64,000 bases of DNA from Lama glama (GCA_028534125.1 CM052817.1:92940001-93004000); one strand, 5' to 3'. Positions 38,255-52,130 are shown, numbered from the stretch's first letter. The notes: generated by a model not told the origin, from the letters alone. A program made the numbers and translations.

Positions 38255-38775
38255 CCAATTGCTTGGTTCTGCTATGTAGTAAACCACCCCAAATCTAGGG
38301 GCCAGCAGAAAACATTGATTTAGTTCGTGATTCTGTGTGTTGACAATCTCTTTGGGCTTGTTGGGCAGTCCATGTGATTGGGGCTGGGTTCGGTTCCTTT
38401 CGGCTGGACTCAATCACATGTCTGGAAGCTCAGATTCAATGGCAGGGAAGACCTTCCTCCATGGGTCTGTGAGCCCTCCGTAGGCTAGTCTGAGCTTGTT
38501 CACATGGCTGCAGAGTGGTGTTAAGAGCACCACACAGAGGGAAGCCTGAATGTGTCAGCACTTTTAAGTCTCTCTTTGTGTCACCTTCACTAATGTCCAG
38601 TTGATCAGAACTAGTCCCTTGACCAACTCAGATTCAGAGTGGGGAAACAGACTCCTCTGTCTAGAAGAATCTGCAGCATCTCTTTGCAAGGCATCACGGT
38701 ACAAAGGTGTCACACTACAGAGTCATGAATGCAGGAAGGGGAAGAATTTGTGATCATTTAAAAAATTGATCATAC
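38255..38775 (-). mobile_element. Old MLT1 (G/H-type) MaLR LTR
   Basis: 'aaaccaccccaaatctagg', 'ggctagtctgagcttgttcacatgg', 'gaagaatttgtgatcattt'. Confidence 0.75.
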
Positions 38776-40799
38776 TTGACTAATTCTGTCGAGTTATTTT
38801 TTAGATTTTTGGTACTTCCCACGAAGGAACATCAGACAAAAATTGGGGGTGTGTCCTAGAAAACATTCATCATTGCTGAATATAGACTTACGAATATGAA
38901 GCCCTATGTCTGGTTGATCAAGTAGTGAAAACTGCCCATCAGACTTAAGCAAGTGAAAAAAGTTGGATTGCCATAGTCATTACTTGGGCTTCTTTATAAA
39001 TTGGCTCTTTTTTCATTGGAAGGAGGATTCTAAAAATTGCTTAGGTTTTAAGCAATATAAAGTTATGTATGAGTTTTCACAAATGACTGTTATAAAGGCA
39101 TCCAGGAAACAAAATAGCCTTTGTTTGAACATTCTTTAAAACCCAAGGAAGTGTACTTATTTGAGCCTTGGATTTGCCCCATGAAGATGAAAAAGCAAAT
39201 GGTTATGTAATTCAGAAAAGCTTATAGAAGCCAACTTATTAAAGGCCGTAACGAGGAAATGTCCTTTAGGAAGAAAATTTACCATCAAATGCTGTGGGGT
39301 AAACAAATAACTACCACAAGAAGAGAGGTGTCCTCTATCACAGGAAAAAAAAGGGACTTCCATCAAGATTTTGCATCGCTGACATTTGTTTGATGGTTAC
39401 GTGGCAGAAATGTTTTCAGTGCAATTTTCCTTTCCTTTTTTTTTTTTTTTTCCATTGTGTTCTTGATTGCTGCTGGGTCTGAGTTTCTCCTCTTGAAAGC
39501 ACTGAACTATTTCATCTTGACCAGGGAACTGAGGAACCATTCACATTACTGCCAGAAAAGTTGAAGCAAAAGCTGTCTCATCTCCTTTGTTATTCTTGCC
39601 CAGAACTCATTCCGTTGAGGGTAATAAACTCCCTTGCAAATAATCCTTGTCAACAGTAGATACTTTGTGATAGGAAATAAAAATAAAATTTCATACTGGA
39701 TGTTGAGATATGAATGTGTTCCTGGGTGTATGTCTATGGGAAATCATAAAAAGAGATTGAAGACAGTGACCCAGAACTTTCCTTGATCCTAAATCAGAAA
39801 TGTGCCCCCACAAAATTCTAAATTCATGTACTATTACAGTCTCAAACTTGACTTTTCCAGTTGTTTTAACAACTGAGTATGTACCTTTTTTCCCCTCTGT
39901 GGCCAAAAATTTTTTAAAAAAGGCAAATAGGTTTAGATTAAGCTCCAGACATTGTTCTTTTGGCAAACCTTGGCTTTGAAGTGTAAAGCTCTCAAGTTAA
40001 ATAAATTTAGTAGTTTATTGGCCTTGAGATGATGATGAATAACACATTCCACATTCTCTTGTGGCTTTTGTGAGTCATATAGTATTGGCTGCAGGCCTGT
40101 TTTCTAAACATCAGTTGGCCAAAAGCAAGCTTCCAGAAGCAAATTTACCAAATTCTGTTTTCCAAGTGGTTAATTTGCAGTGTGGCCAATTTCTGAATTG
40201 AGTGGGATCCGTGTGGCTGAGCGCATGCCTAACTCCATTCTTGCTGTCACGGCTGCCTTGTTCATGTGCCCATTGGACAATGGCAGAGGGGGCTGGGGAA
40301 GGAAACTAACTGATGTCCATAGAAAGCGGCCATCCAATCCAGCTGATTATTGAAATCTTCCTCTGTTAAGGTCATTCTTTGGTAAGCATCATGAGACACA
40401 AATATCGTCACATTCTATGCCTGTTCATAGAGATCTAGCCACATCCCTCTTACCCAGACCTCCTTGACACCAATTTTCTTCCAAGTCCCTGACCTTCCAG
40501 CCAAACCATTGGCCAGATAGCCCATGGTTTGCTTGCTTCTAAGCAAGATGAATGACCAGATTCAGTACTCAAAAGTCTGCCCACTGGGGGTGGTTTTCTC
40601 TTTACCACAATCCTGCAAAGGTGTCCCAGGACAGGGCTATAGGACCACCATAGCTGTCCTCTTTCAAGTGACTGCCTGTACATTGGACAGGACCATCAAT
40701 CTATAAATTAAGCCTGGATTTTATTTTTTTCTTCAGTCAACTGGTCATAGGGAACTTCATATGAGCCACAGGTGTGTGTTGAGAGAAAGGAAGGCAAAT

Positions 40800-41930
40800 A
40801 GTAGGACTAGGGCTTGTGTAACTTACTGATGCCTGCTGGGTCTGCTCTAGCCCAGGGGCATCTATTCCACTCCCATTTTATGATGGAGGGTGTGCTCCAC
40901 TTTGTGTCTTGGTGGGTTAGACCACACCCAGTTCATGACTGGCAGTTCAGATCACATGGTACCTTGGTGGCCCATGGTCACGTGACCACTCTCTATTAGA
41001 GCCCAATCACAAGCCCCAAGTTTGTCTCTCAAAAGGACACCAGTTATATACAAAGAGTGGTGCAGTCTTGCTTTAATCACTAAAGGTCTGTGCTGTATTT
41101 ACTTCTAAGAGTCTGCCAAAGGCTCCATATAATGTCCTTATGTGCCACTAACACTTGAAGCATCATCAAATCTGATAGAACATATAACTCACGTGGTGGA
41201 ACAGCTTTTATGGAGGGTTAGACCTGTTGTAGAGCTTTCCTTTTTTTTTTAGGGCCCTATTCAAAAGTGGCAGCTTTCAGGTCCCTTAGTAAATGGGTCA
41301 GAGTAGCATGCTCAGAGGGGATATATGTGGCCTCCAAAATCCCAAAAGGCCCACCAGATATTGTGTCTTTTTTCTTATGTTAGGAGGGGCCAGATGCAGC
41401 AACTTGTTTTTCATCCTGGAAGGAATTTCACTGAAGTGACAGACTGTCGAGTTCTTTGGGGATTTATTTCCTCCCCTTTGGCATGCAAATGTTTTACCAA
41501 TGTGTGTAGAGTGGTCACCACCTCCTGCTAAGCGGGCCCCATCAGCACAATTTCATCAATGTAATGGACCAGCATGATTCCACTGGAATGAAAAGGCAAT
41601 CAAGATTCCTGCAGACTAAATTATGACAATGCTGAGAGCTGATAAGCCCTGAGATAGAACACGAAAATATATTGCTGGCCATGCCAGCTGAAAACAAACT
41701 ACTTCTGATGGTCTTTACTAACAGGTATATATATTAAAAAAAAAAAAAACTTGCCAGATCAATAGTTGCATAGCAGGTACCAGGGAATGTGTTGGTTTGC
41801 TCCAGCAATGAAACCACATTTGTAACAGCAATTGCAATTGCTTGATAATGTTTATGATAATCCACTGTCATTGTCTAAGATCCATCTGTCTTCTGCACAG
41901 GCCAACTGAGTGACTATGGAATCTTTGCAT
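40800..41930 (-). mobile_element. ERVL pol remnant (RT to RNaseH region), degenerate
   Basis: Minus-strand translation shows WPVQKTDGS...TVDY (~41860-41905), VVSLLEQ and IDLA, LVHYIDEIVLM (41540-41575; YIDD-like RT motif) and MGHQ...ELP. It carries stops and frameshifts. Confidence 0.85.
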
Positions 41931-42928
41931 AGCGAGCTTACATTAATCAATTTAGTCTCATTCATCTTTATAGTCCTTCCACTTTGATGCCACATTCTTG
42001 AGATATATTATCAAACATATCCCTCAAGCCTCTATCAATATAAATGGGCAAAAATCATGCAGTCTTTTGGTATGTATCACATCTCTACGTGATTCATACT
42101 TCGAATCTTATTTTTTGGGACCTCCTGACGTATGAGTCTAGAAACCAAGAGAGATAGTGGGAGTAGGTTACGAGGAGGGTAGGCTGTCCTGTGCAAGACG
42201 TCTACCTCAGAGGAGGCCATTGCAGTTTCCTTCATCAAGAAGAGACTGTCTTAGTATGGAAAGGCTACTTCTAATGACAAAGAAGTCTCTTCAAAATTTA
42301 GATTTATGGTTCAAGGTATGCAACTTCATTGCAATCTGCTCATAAGTTCCCATCCCAATTTTCAGTGTCCCTTTCCATCCCAGTTAATGCCCTAACTTTA
42401 ATAGAAGAGACCACATGACATCTGTTTGTGTTGTAAGTTAGTTATGTACAGATTTCACATTGGCTATTGCTTTTAGAAAATGTATCCCTTGACTAAGATT
42501 TCTATAGGGTTTAGACTGTAGGATGTAGGAGTTTCTTTTAGGGAAAACATAAAAGTTTTTAGATATCTTATGTGAACTAGGAATTTAAAGCCCTGAGCTC
42601 CTCATTTTCTTTCCTTAAATTATTTAGCTCATTTGGAGGAAACCAACTGATCCCCATTATTCCTTTTTTTTTTTTCATTAAAATGGTTGGTAACAAATAA
42701 CCAATCATCATCCTGCCTCCTACAGGCTCTTAGCTGGTGATAATTTGAGTCAATGTTGTGCTGTAGCATGCCATCGACTATCAGTGTCCTCTTCAACACT
42801 GGAAATAGGGCCATTAAATTTTTTTATATATCTGGAATCAATTCCAGAAAACTCAGAAAAAATGAACCAATTCATATAACTCATTCTTAAGATTCTGCTT
42901 TTCTGGTAGCACTCTTGGCAACAGATTC

Positions 42929-43547
42929 TGTATCAGTTAGGGTTACATTGAAGAGGCATGTTATATACAAATTTGACTTTACACAGTTATGGGATCTACT
43001 TAAGTCATAGACATAAGATTTTTGCTTTTGTCTGGTGCTGGAATTTGAAATCTTCAGAGCAGGTCATAGAAAAATGTCAGTAAGGAGAGATGTCTGTAAA
43101 GCAGGGAAGAACAAGATCTGGAACCCACAGCAAGAGCTGGAACTTGAGAGGATGACCTGGAACCTGAGTCAGTTCTTGTTGCCTCCAGCATTATGATGTG
43201 GGTGTCCTGCAGGAGAAGCTGGCAGTTTTCATCATGGAGCTAAACACATCTGGCCCAGGAGCTGGAGGAGCTGAAGGAGGAGTCAAGTGAAAATAGACAC
43301 AGTTGCACTTTTGACTATTACCCTATGCCAATGCAGTTAGCCCACAGTCAAGCAGAGTGCATCAGGACAAAAGAGCCCATCCTAACCTTCCAAGCAAAGA
43401 AACAAAATGTTTCACTGTTTCACTTCCACCTTTCAAAGGTCATGCAAAAATATTTTCTGTGTCCTACCCTAACTGGAAACACAGAGAATGTCCTTCTGGG
43501 AAACATAGTTCAGGGTGGCCAAGTTGACACATTACAAAGTCACCACA
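42929..43547 (-). mobile_element. MLT2-like ERVL LTR
   Basis: Minus strand starts tgtggtggactttgtaatgtgtcaacttggc and ends aaccctaactgataca. Confidence 0.75.
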
Positions 43548-43549
43548 CA

Positions 43550-43855
43550 GACTAAAGAAGAGAACCCATATGGTCATCTCAAATGTCAAATAAGTATTTG
43601 ACAAAATTCCACATTCATGCATTTAAAAAACCCTTATTAAACTAGGAATAGGAAGAAATGACTGACAAAGGGCATCCACAGTTTTCTCTCCCTATGTGAA
43701 GAGCAAGGCAAGGCTATGTGCTGTTACTGTTCCTATTCAACATCATACTGGGAGTACTGGCCAATATAATAAGGCAAGAAAAAAAAATAACATGTATACA
43801 GACTAGAAAAGAAGAAATAAAACTGTTTTCACAGAATGCATGACCTTATGTATCT
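43550..43855 (+). mobile_element. Old L1 ORF2 (RT) fragment
   Basis: 'catatggtcatctcaa...atttgacaaaattc', 'ctattcaacatcatactgggagtactggcca...ataaggcaagaaaaa'. Confidence 0.8.
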
Positions 43856-44741
43856 GTCTAGAGATAATAATTAGAGTATTAAAAATAAGCATAGCACAAG
43901 TGCTGACCCATCAGTATAGACATGGGCCATAGCTCTAGACTAGGGTCTGTAATCCCTTGCCTCCAAGTGAGGGATTAATTTTTATTTGCTGGACTATGAG
44001 GAGGTGAAAGAGGGACCGGGCAGTCTTGGTGGCATGGAGGTGTGCAGAGGCTTGGTGTAGTAGCTATTTAAAAACAGGAATAACCAGACTGGTGTCTATG
44101 ACTGCTGCGCTTCGGGTGATTCTCTTATTTTCCCTTTCTTCTTTCTGTGTCTGCAGAACTAAACTACTGCACAGAGATCTTACATAGGCAATTAAAGTTT
44201 ATCAAAAAAAAAAGTAGAAGATAAAAGAAAATTCCCACTGAATATTTCTGGTCTTATTTGGAGGATATGCCCTACCTCTAAGAATCTAGTGGAATATCTG
44301 CATCAAAGTGACCATGCAATATAGAAAGTGTGAAAGAATCTAAAATGATGAAGTGCTTGGGTGTGATGAGTTTGGTTCTAGGTCTCAAAAAGAGGATGTA
44401 TGAAGCAGAAAAGAAGCATGATTAAAACCATCTATTTCAGGGACTCTCTGACAGCAGTGTTGGATGAATTAGAGTGGAATGAGACCTGGGTCAAAGTAAT
44501 TACTTCCAAGGAATCAGGATGAAGATAGTTCTGACAGGAGAAAACCGTGCCAGGATCTGGAATCTATCCATTCTTGATTCTGGAAAGAGTGTACTGTATC
44601 TCTTTCCCTATATTCCACCCCCGCAGCCACCTAGAGTTTAAATATCTCTTCTTCATGGCATCTCCAGCCTTCTTTGGAACATCCACAGAGCTAGAGAAGG
44701 AGCAGGGTTATGGGTCAGCACAGCTCTCAGAAAAACCATGA

Positions 44742-44900
44742 AAATTCTGCTGTATAGCACATGGAGCTATAATCAATAGCTTGTAATAACCTATATTGAA
44801 AAAGAATATGAAAAAGAATGTATATGTCATTGAATCACTTTGCTATACACATGAAACTAACACAACATTGTGAATCAACTATACTTCAATAAAAAAAAGA
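44742..44900 (+). mobile_element. Short L1 3' terminus (artiodactyl type)
   Basis: 'ctgtatagcacatgg...cttgtaataacctata...gaatcactttgctatacacatgaaactaacacaacattgtgaatcaactatacttcaataaaaaaaa'. Confidence 0.88.
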
Positions 44901-44959
44901 AATAGTACCTAGTGTATTACAGTTGTTAAAGACAGACTTACTGCATAAATGAATGATAA

Positions 44960-45390
44960 ATAAGATAAAACATGAATATAGAGAGCATTATACTAAGTGA
45001 AATAAATCAGACTGAGAAAAACAAATAAGCATGATCTCACTTATATGTGGAATCTAAAAAATGAAACAAACAAAACTAAACAAACACAGATGCATAGATA
45101 CAGAGAATAAATGATAGCCAAAAGGGAAGGCGAGTGGGTGAAATAGGTGAAGAAGATTAAGAGGTACAAACCTCTAGTTATATAATAAATAAGTCACAAG
45201 GATGTAATATACAGCATAAGGAATATTGTCAACAATATTGTAATAACTTTATATTGGGACAGATGGTTATTAGATTTTTCAATGTGATCATTTCATAATG
45301 TATGCAAATGTCAAATCACTATGTAGTACATCTGAAACTAATATAATATTGTATGTCAACTATATTTCAATAAAAAATAAATTAAAAAGA
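44960..45390 (+). mobile_element. L1MA-type 3' end
   Basis: 'gcattatactaagtgaaataaatcagac...tctcacttatatgtggaatctaaaaa...tgtatgtcaactatatttcaataaaaaa'. Confidence 0.88.
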
Positions 45391-46169
45391 ACATACAATG
45401 AAAAGGAATATAGAAGACCAAGTTGAAATTTAGTAATGGAATTGCAGTCTTTTAATCATTTTTAAAAACAGAACCTGCTTATGGAGTGTTTTGCTGTACA
45501 GGGAAGTAGAAATCTCAACTGTGAAGATTAAAACTCGAGATCATAATTCCTTAGGGAGGTAGGGATTTGTTTTAAAGACAGTCTCTTTTAATGAAAGCAG
45601 ATTTTTAAAATCTGATAAATTCTTATGCCTCTGAATGGTTTCTGGATGAGTCATAAAGCCAAGACAAGACATCCTGAGAGGTCAAGTTTTGGAAAATCCT
45701 CAAAGTACAAAAACCACAAAAGCAAAAAGCAAAATTTCATAATGAAATCTCTATTTCTCTTTCATCTTCCTGGGCCTGGATAATGTAAAGTTTTATGACT
45801 TGGATTTTTTTTAAAGTTTGGATCATGAAACTGAATCAAGTTATAAAACAACTAAAATATTTTATTAGTTATGAAGTTTTGCTCTGACTGCTATAAGACT
45901 TAGTAAGTCACTCAAATTTTAAGACACTGGGACACTCACTTTCGTGGATGGTTGATAATCTCAAAAATTTTTACCCTGGCAGAATGGGTTTTATTGTTTC
46001 AAAGTAAAAAGTTATGCTGTTTTCTGTTTGTGTCAGTAATGCACACAGGATAGTACCAATAATTTCTAGCTGTGAGGTTAAAAACTATTAATATAAGTAG
46101 TAATAATATAGGAAGAATCTTGTTACAACAGAGAGGGTTAATACTCATTCTTACTTCTGCTTATTCTAT

Positions 46170-49020
46170 GTTTATTTTTTTTTCTGATTTTTCTAGTTTG
46201 GGTGAAAACTGAGATTGTTTTTAAAACCTGTTGTTATTTTTCATGTGAGTATTAGTACTATAAATGTTTCTCAAAGCACTGTTTTAGCTGTCTCACATAA
46301 ATTTGATGTATTTTATTTTCATTTTTATTCACCTCCAAAATTTTTCTAATTCCTTTGAAACTTCTGCTTTTATCCATTAGCCATTTAGAAGTGTGTTTTA
46401 AAATTTCCAAATATATGGGGCATTTTATTAGCATCTATTTCTGATATTTAGCTTAATTCTTTTTGTTCAGAAAACATATTTTGTATTATTTCAATTGTTT
46501 TAAATTTGTTAAGATTTTATTTTTGTGTGTGTTTCTTTTTTGCTTTTTTTATAGTGCCAGGATATAGTTCATGTTGTTGAATATCCAGTTGCAATAGAAA
46601 CCTATGTACGTTATGTTGTCATTAGATAGAATGTTCTATACATATCAAATAGGTCAAGTTGATCCATAGTGTTGTTCAGGTTTTCTATATCCTCACTGAC
46701 TTTTTGTCTACTTGTTCTAACAATTATAGAAAAAGGAACACTGATGTCTCCAATTATACTTATATGATCTTAGCCAAAGATTGAGAAGCAATTCCAACTA
46801 CAATTGTGGATTTTTCTTATCTCTTTTACCATTTTGATCAGTTTTTACTTATGTATTTGGAAGCTCCATTTTTTTGGTGCATACACATATAGAATCATAT
46901 GTCTTCAAGATGTACTGACACTTTTATCATTATGATAACCTCTCATTATTCCTTTATTCCTGGTAAATTTCTTTGCTCTGAAGTTAATACTGTCTGATAT
47001 TAATACATGGATTAGTGTTGGTATGGTATCTATTCTCCTTTTTTTGGTATTTTAGCCTACATATAAATATACAAAATTATAATTACATGTGCTTTCTATA
47101 CTCAACATGTAATTGGGTCTTACATTTTTATGTAATCTGATAATCTCTGCCTTTTAATTGATGTTTCTGCCTTTTACATGTTATGCAATTATTGCTAAAA
47201 TCAAATTTAGGTTTTAACATTTTTATTATTTGTATTCTGTGTTCCTTCATTGTTTTATGTTCCTCTCTTCCCCCTCTCTTGCATTCTTCTGGATTATTTG
47301 AATATTGGCTATATTCTGTCTTAATCAATATCTTGGATTTCTGGCTAAATCTCATATTTTTTTGGAGCTGGCTCTATCGTTTTTCACAGTCTACTAAGAG
47401 TTAACATTTTGCCACCTCTAATAAAATGCAGAATTTAAAAAATCATTTTAGGTCATTTTTCCTTCCTACTTTTGTTGTAGTTCTTATATATTATAATATT
47501 TAAACATTAAAAACTCACCCAGACAGTGTTATAAATCTTGTTTTTAACACACACAATCATATTTAAAATATTTAGGAGGATAAAAGCAGCCTATTATATT
47601 TACTCAGATATTTGCCATTTCTGTTACTCCTCTTTCAGTCCTGAATTTCTGCATTTCCCAGAGGCGTCGTTGTCCTTCAGCCTGAAGAACAGTTTTTTAG
47701 CCTTCATTTTTACAGCAGGCCTGCTGGCTGTTAATTCTCTTATTTTCTTTCATCTTCAGTCTATTTTTTTCCCCATTCTTTTGGCTATAGAGCCAATCCA
47801 ATAAAATTTTATTTCAGATGTTGTAGTTTTTATTTCGCAAATTTTCATTTGCTACTTTCACTCATATTTCTCTGAAGAAATCTTCTATTTTTCCATTCAT
47901 TTCAATAGTATTTAGCTTGGTAGTAACAGCTGTTTTAAAGTGTTGATAATTCGAGCACAGTGTGTTGTCTTGGTGTTGGCATCTGTTACTTTTCTTTCTC
48001 TGTGAGAGTTGGTCGTGTTTTCATGGTTCTGTGTACAGCAGGTGATTTTGGATTATAACCCTGGGCGCTTTGAATATTACACTGTGAGACTTTGGTTTGT
48101 TAACATCCTTTGGACACTGTTGATCTTTTGTCTTAGTAGACAAACATACCATCTTGGTTCTGATCTCAAGTTCTAGCTCTCCTTTAGTGTATGATGGTCT
48201 CAACATGTGTTCAGTTCTCAAAGTTGTTGTTACACTGGGTCAGCCTCATGCCTGAGCTACTTGGGGCTTAGTCTGGGACTTGGGAAGTGCTTCATAGAAT
48301 AGTTCAGATCTCAAAGCTTTTGTTACGCTGTTCTTAGTCTGTTTTGCACATGCATCTCTCAGGGGTTAGTCTAGGACTTGGGGGGTGGCTTATATTGTAG
48401 CTCAGTTCTCCAAGCCTTTCCTGCGCTCTTTTGGATCTGTTCTGCACATGTGCAGATTGGCAGTGAGCCCTGGATTGAGTTGACTCATGCACCAGAATTC
48501 TCTCTACTCCAGGATTTCCCACCCCCTTCTTTAGTTTACAGAGGTCCTTTTTCTTGATTCTTCTGGCCAAATATGCAGGTTTTCCCTCTGAATTTCCAGT
48601 TTTTGTTTTGGTGGTGTTGCTGCTGCCTCATTACATCTCCATGACTGGGGCTGGTCTTAGGGCAGTACCAAGAAGGAAAAAAGATGTTAAGAAGAAAAGA
48701 AAAAGGGAAAGCAGGAATTATCTCCTCTTCCCTACATGTGGGCTCCATAGGCATCCCCTTTCCCAATCTTCTAATCAGCAAAACCAGGATTCTTCAGGAG
48801 TTTGTGAAGATTTAGGACTTGAGTCATTCACTGTAAAAGAGGACATAAAAGAGGAAAATGATCGGAACACTTAACACTGTACTTTTCTTTCTTCAAAATT
48901 TTACTTCCAAGCCACCTACCATTCTTTGCTTCTTTGAGTCCTTCATAGTCACTTTTTGTGTTCTTTCTAGAATTTTTGGCTATATTCTATGGGAGAGAGA
49001 AATTGTAGTTGGCTCATCCG
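46170..49020 (-). mobile_element. Old L1M body (ORF2 endonuclease, inter-ORF, ORF1/5' region), degenerate
   Basis: Antisense L1 blocks: 'tttagaagtgtgttttaaaatttccaaatat', 'gtcaagttgatccatagtgttgttcagg', 'ctttgctctgaagttaatactgtctgatattaata'. Confidence 0.75.
46759..46792 (-). pseudogene. U2 snRNA 5'-fragment retropseudogene
   Basis: Minus strand attgcttctcaatctttggctaagatca versus U2 5' ATCGCTTCTCGGCCTTTTGGCTAAGATCA; flanked by tccaattata / tccaactaca. Confidence 0.75.
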
Positions 49021-50473
49021 CCCTTTGCTGACCCAAGAAGTTAAAAGCTTTTGAGATTTATTCATGGTGCTAAATATAACACTACTCTTGTTTCTTTGCA
49101 TTGCTGCATAGTATTACATTGCATGACTACACAAATATTTGTTTATCCATTTATGCCTTGATGGACATTAGTGTTGTTTTCAGTTTGGGCCTGTTAGGAA
49201 CAGTTTGTTGTGTTCCTGATTATAGAGGAAAACATGCATGTCATGTATACGCGCTTTATTATCTTTATGTGACCTAATACTTTACTTATGTAAAGTGCTT
49301 TAGAATCATTCTTGTTTGATTAGGCTTTAATTTGCTGAGTAAGGGGAAATCTCCAGGTTTCGAGTCTTAAAGAAAGGAACATAATATTGAGATAAACTTG
49401 CAGTAGGATTATGTGCTCCATCTGCCTTTGTGGCAAATCAGTGATAAAGTGCTCTAGTCACTGTGTTCTGGCCCCTTGATAGTTTTGAGAGTAATTTAAC
49501 TTCGCCTCTGGGAGATTCTGAGTATAAAAATGTCACATCTGTATTTCATAAGTTGATTAATACTGAAAATCTGTACAACAGTTTAGTTAATTACCATTGT
49601 TAAGCATGACTATTAACTCTTCGTGATTTATGCAGAAATATTAATCTCATTATAGAATGTTTGGGCAGAAATTCTAAATCTTATAAAAATAAATGATGCA
49701 CTTTTTTTTCGTTTGAGCTACCTCTTTCTATTTCATTACTTCCAAAATTTAAATATTGCAGGGTACAGAATCCATTTTATGGTGAAAAATTAACTAATCA
49801 ATTAGTAAAACAAGGTTTGGAATGTTATTTTATAGTCAAATTTCAAAGAATGCTTTTGTTCTGTATTTTAACAGAGATCTGAACTCCAATTCTGATTTAA
49901 ATTTAATTCAGGCAGGGGAATTTAAAACAAAAAGGGAGGAAGGTAAACTGATAGGATAGGGCAGATAATCTGAGGCTTACAGGGTAAGAGATCAGTTGGA
50001 AGAAGTAACCTGCAAAAAAAAAAGAAATGAGAGCGAGAGAGAGAAATTCTGCCAATTCTTATTTTGCAATTTTCCTTTCATCTGCCTCTTTTATCTTCAA
50101 TAGCACTGTTTTCATCCAATCTCAAATTCTTACTGCTTCTATGTGGGATCACAAGAAGAGCTTCAGAGCTTTATCTGTCTGCAGTCCCTCTGCAAAACCT
50201 ACCACTAAGTGTAATCCCAATCTGAAAAACTCCCAGTAACTACTTTTTGCCTATAAAATAAACTCAAATCTGCTCTGATCAGTTCTGTCCAATTTTCTCT
50301 CTCACAATTCCAAATGTTAAGGTGTATTACCAGCCAGGTTGGTGCCCCCATCCCTTTACATACATTATTATACTCACTTCAGAACACCCAGCCTCCTTCA
50401 TATGGATTGATTGCCCAGATCTGTCCCATCTTGATTTCCCTCCTCTATGAGCAATTTTTGGCATGTAACTATG

Positions 50474-50973
50474 NNNNNNNNNNNNNNNNNNNNNNNNNNN
50501 NNNNNNNNNNNNNNNNNNNNNNNNNNNNNNNNNNNNNNNNNNNNNNNNNNNNNNNNNNNNNNNNNNNNNNNNNNNNNNNNNNNNNNNNNNNNNNNNNNNN
50601 NNNNNNNNNNNNNNNNNNNNNNNNNNNNNNNNNNNNNNNNNNNNNNNNNNNNNNNNNNNNNNNNNNNNNNNNNNNNNNNNNNNNNNNNNNNNNNNNNNNN
50701 NNNNNNNNNNNNNNNNNNNNNNNNNNNNNNNNNNNNNNNNNNNNNNNNNNNNNNNNNNNNNNNNNNNNNNNNNNNNNNNNNNNNNNNNNNNNNNNNNNNN
50801 NNNNNNNNNNNNNNNNNNNNNNNNNNNNNNNNNNNNNNNNNNNNNNNNNNNNNNNNNNNNNNNNNNNNNNNNNNNNNNNNNNNNNNNNNNNNNNNNNNNN
50901 NNNNNNNNNNNNNNNNNNNNNNNNNNNNNNNNNNNNNNNNNNNNNNNNNNNNNNNNNNNNNNNNNNNNNNNNN
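50474..50973. other. Assembly gap (500 N)
   Basis: Run of n. Confidence 0.99.
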
Positions 50974-51500
50974 AAGACATGGAAACAGCCTAAATGTCCA
51001 TCCACAGATGACTGGATAAAGAAGCTGTGGTATATTTATACAATGGAATACTATTCAGCCATAAAAACCAACAACATAATGCCATTTGCAGCAACATGGA
51101 CGTTCCTGGAGAATGTCATTCTAAGTGAAGTAAGCCAGAAAGAGAAAGAAAAATACCATATAAGATTGCTCATATGTGGAATCTAAAAAAAAAAAAAAAG
51201 AACATAAATACAAAACAGAAACAGACTCATAGACATAGAATACAAACTTGTGGTTGCCAAGGGGGTAGGTTGTGGGAAGGGACAGACTGGGATTTCAAAA
51301 TGTAGAATAGATAAACAAGATTATATACTGCATAGCACAGGGAAATATATACAAGATCTTGTGGTAGCTCACTGCAAGAAAAAAAATGTGACAATGTATA
51401 TATGTATGTTTATGTATAACTGAAAAATTGTGCTCTACACTGGAAGTTGACACAACATTGTAAAATGACTATAACTCAATAAAAAACAGTTTAAAAAAAT
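50974..51500 (+). mobile_element. Relatively young L1 3' end (ORF2 C-terminus, 3'UTR and A tail)
   Basis: Open translation KTWKQPKCPSTDDWIKKLWYIYTMEYYSAIK..., then 3'UTR ending 'gactataactcaataaaaaa'. Confidence 0.92.
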
Positions 51501-51734
51501 CAGAAAGGGACACTCAGATATCACAAGAGCCAAGTAAAATACAACAAGCAAAGACGACTTTATGACAATATTCAGGATAGAGGAAGACGACTTGTCTGCA
51601 GGACCATTTCCATTAAAGACTAAATCAAGCGTTTTTGTTTATAGTGTTAAAAATAGTTAGTTTACTAATCAATTACTATGCATCAGACTCTTAGCTAAGT
51701 TCCTCCTCACAACCATTTCCTACTGTTCCTCAGA

Positions 51735-52130
51735 TACAGACACAGATAAGCATGTTTTCACCCCAGAGTCTTCATGCTGCTGCCTTCCTCTTCCTGGAAT
51801 CCTCTCTGCAGATATTCACATGGATCCTTCCAGCACTGATTCAGACCTCTGCTTCTCTACAAGAATTTCATGTCCCCCAGTCTAAACCAGCACTCCATGC
51901 CCCTCTTTATTTACTGGCCATGAATTAGTTTTCTCTATAGCACCGAATACTACTTCAAATCATTTAGTTCTATGTTTATGTTTACTGCTTGCCTCCTTAG
52001 ATAATGTGTGAGATCCCTCAGGAGAGACAGGTTTTGTTGTCATTGCTCTTGTTTTAGCCATCGTGTCCCCCGGAACTGGCTGCTGTTTATCATGTACATC
52101 CAAGGTTCTCAATGAATACTGTTGACTGAA
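51735..52130 (+). mobile_element. L2 LINE 3' part
   Basis: 'gccttcctcttcctggaatcctct', 'ttctctatagcac', terminal 'ctcaatgaatactgttgactgaa'. Confidence 0.7.

Noticed and set aside
44157..44187. Acceptor followed by TKLLHRDLT, resembling a kinase HRD loop
   Set aside because: An in-frame TAG follows immediately, there is no good donor and no other kinase exon is seen, so it is treated as chance.
50314..51186. 290-aa ORF and overlapping long ORFs
   Set aside because: Artefacts of translating through the N gap; the real part is the L1 ORF2 C-terminus.
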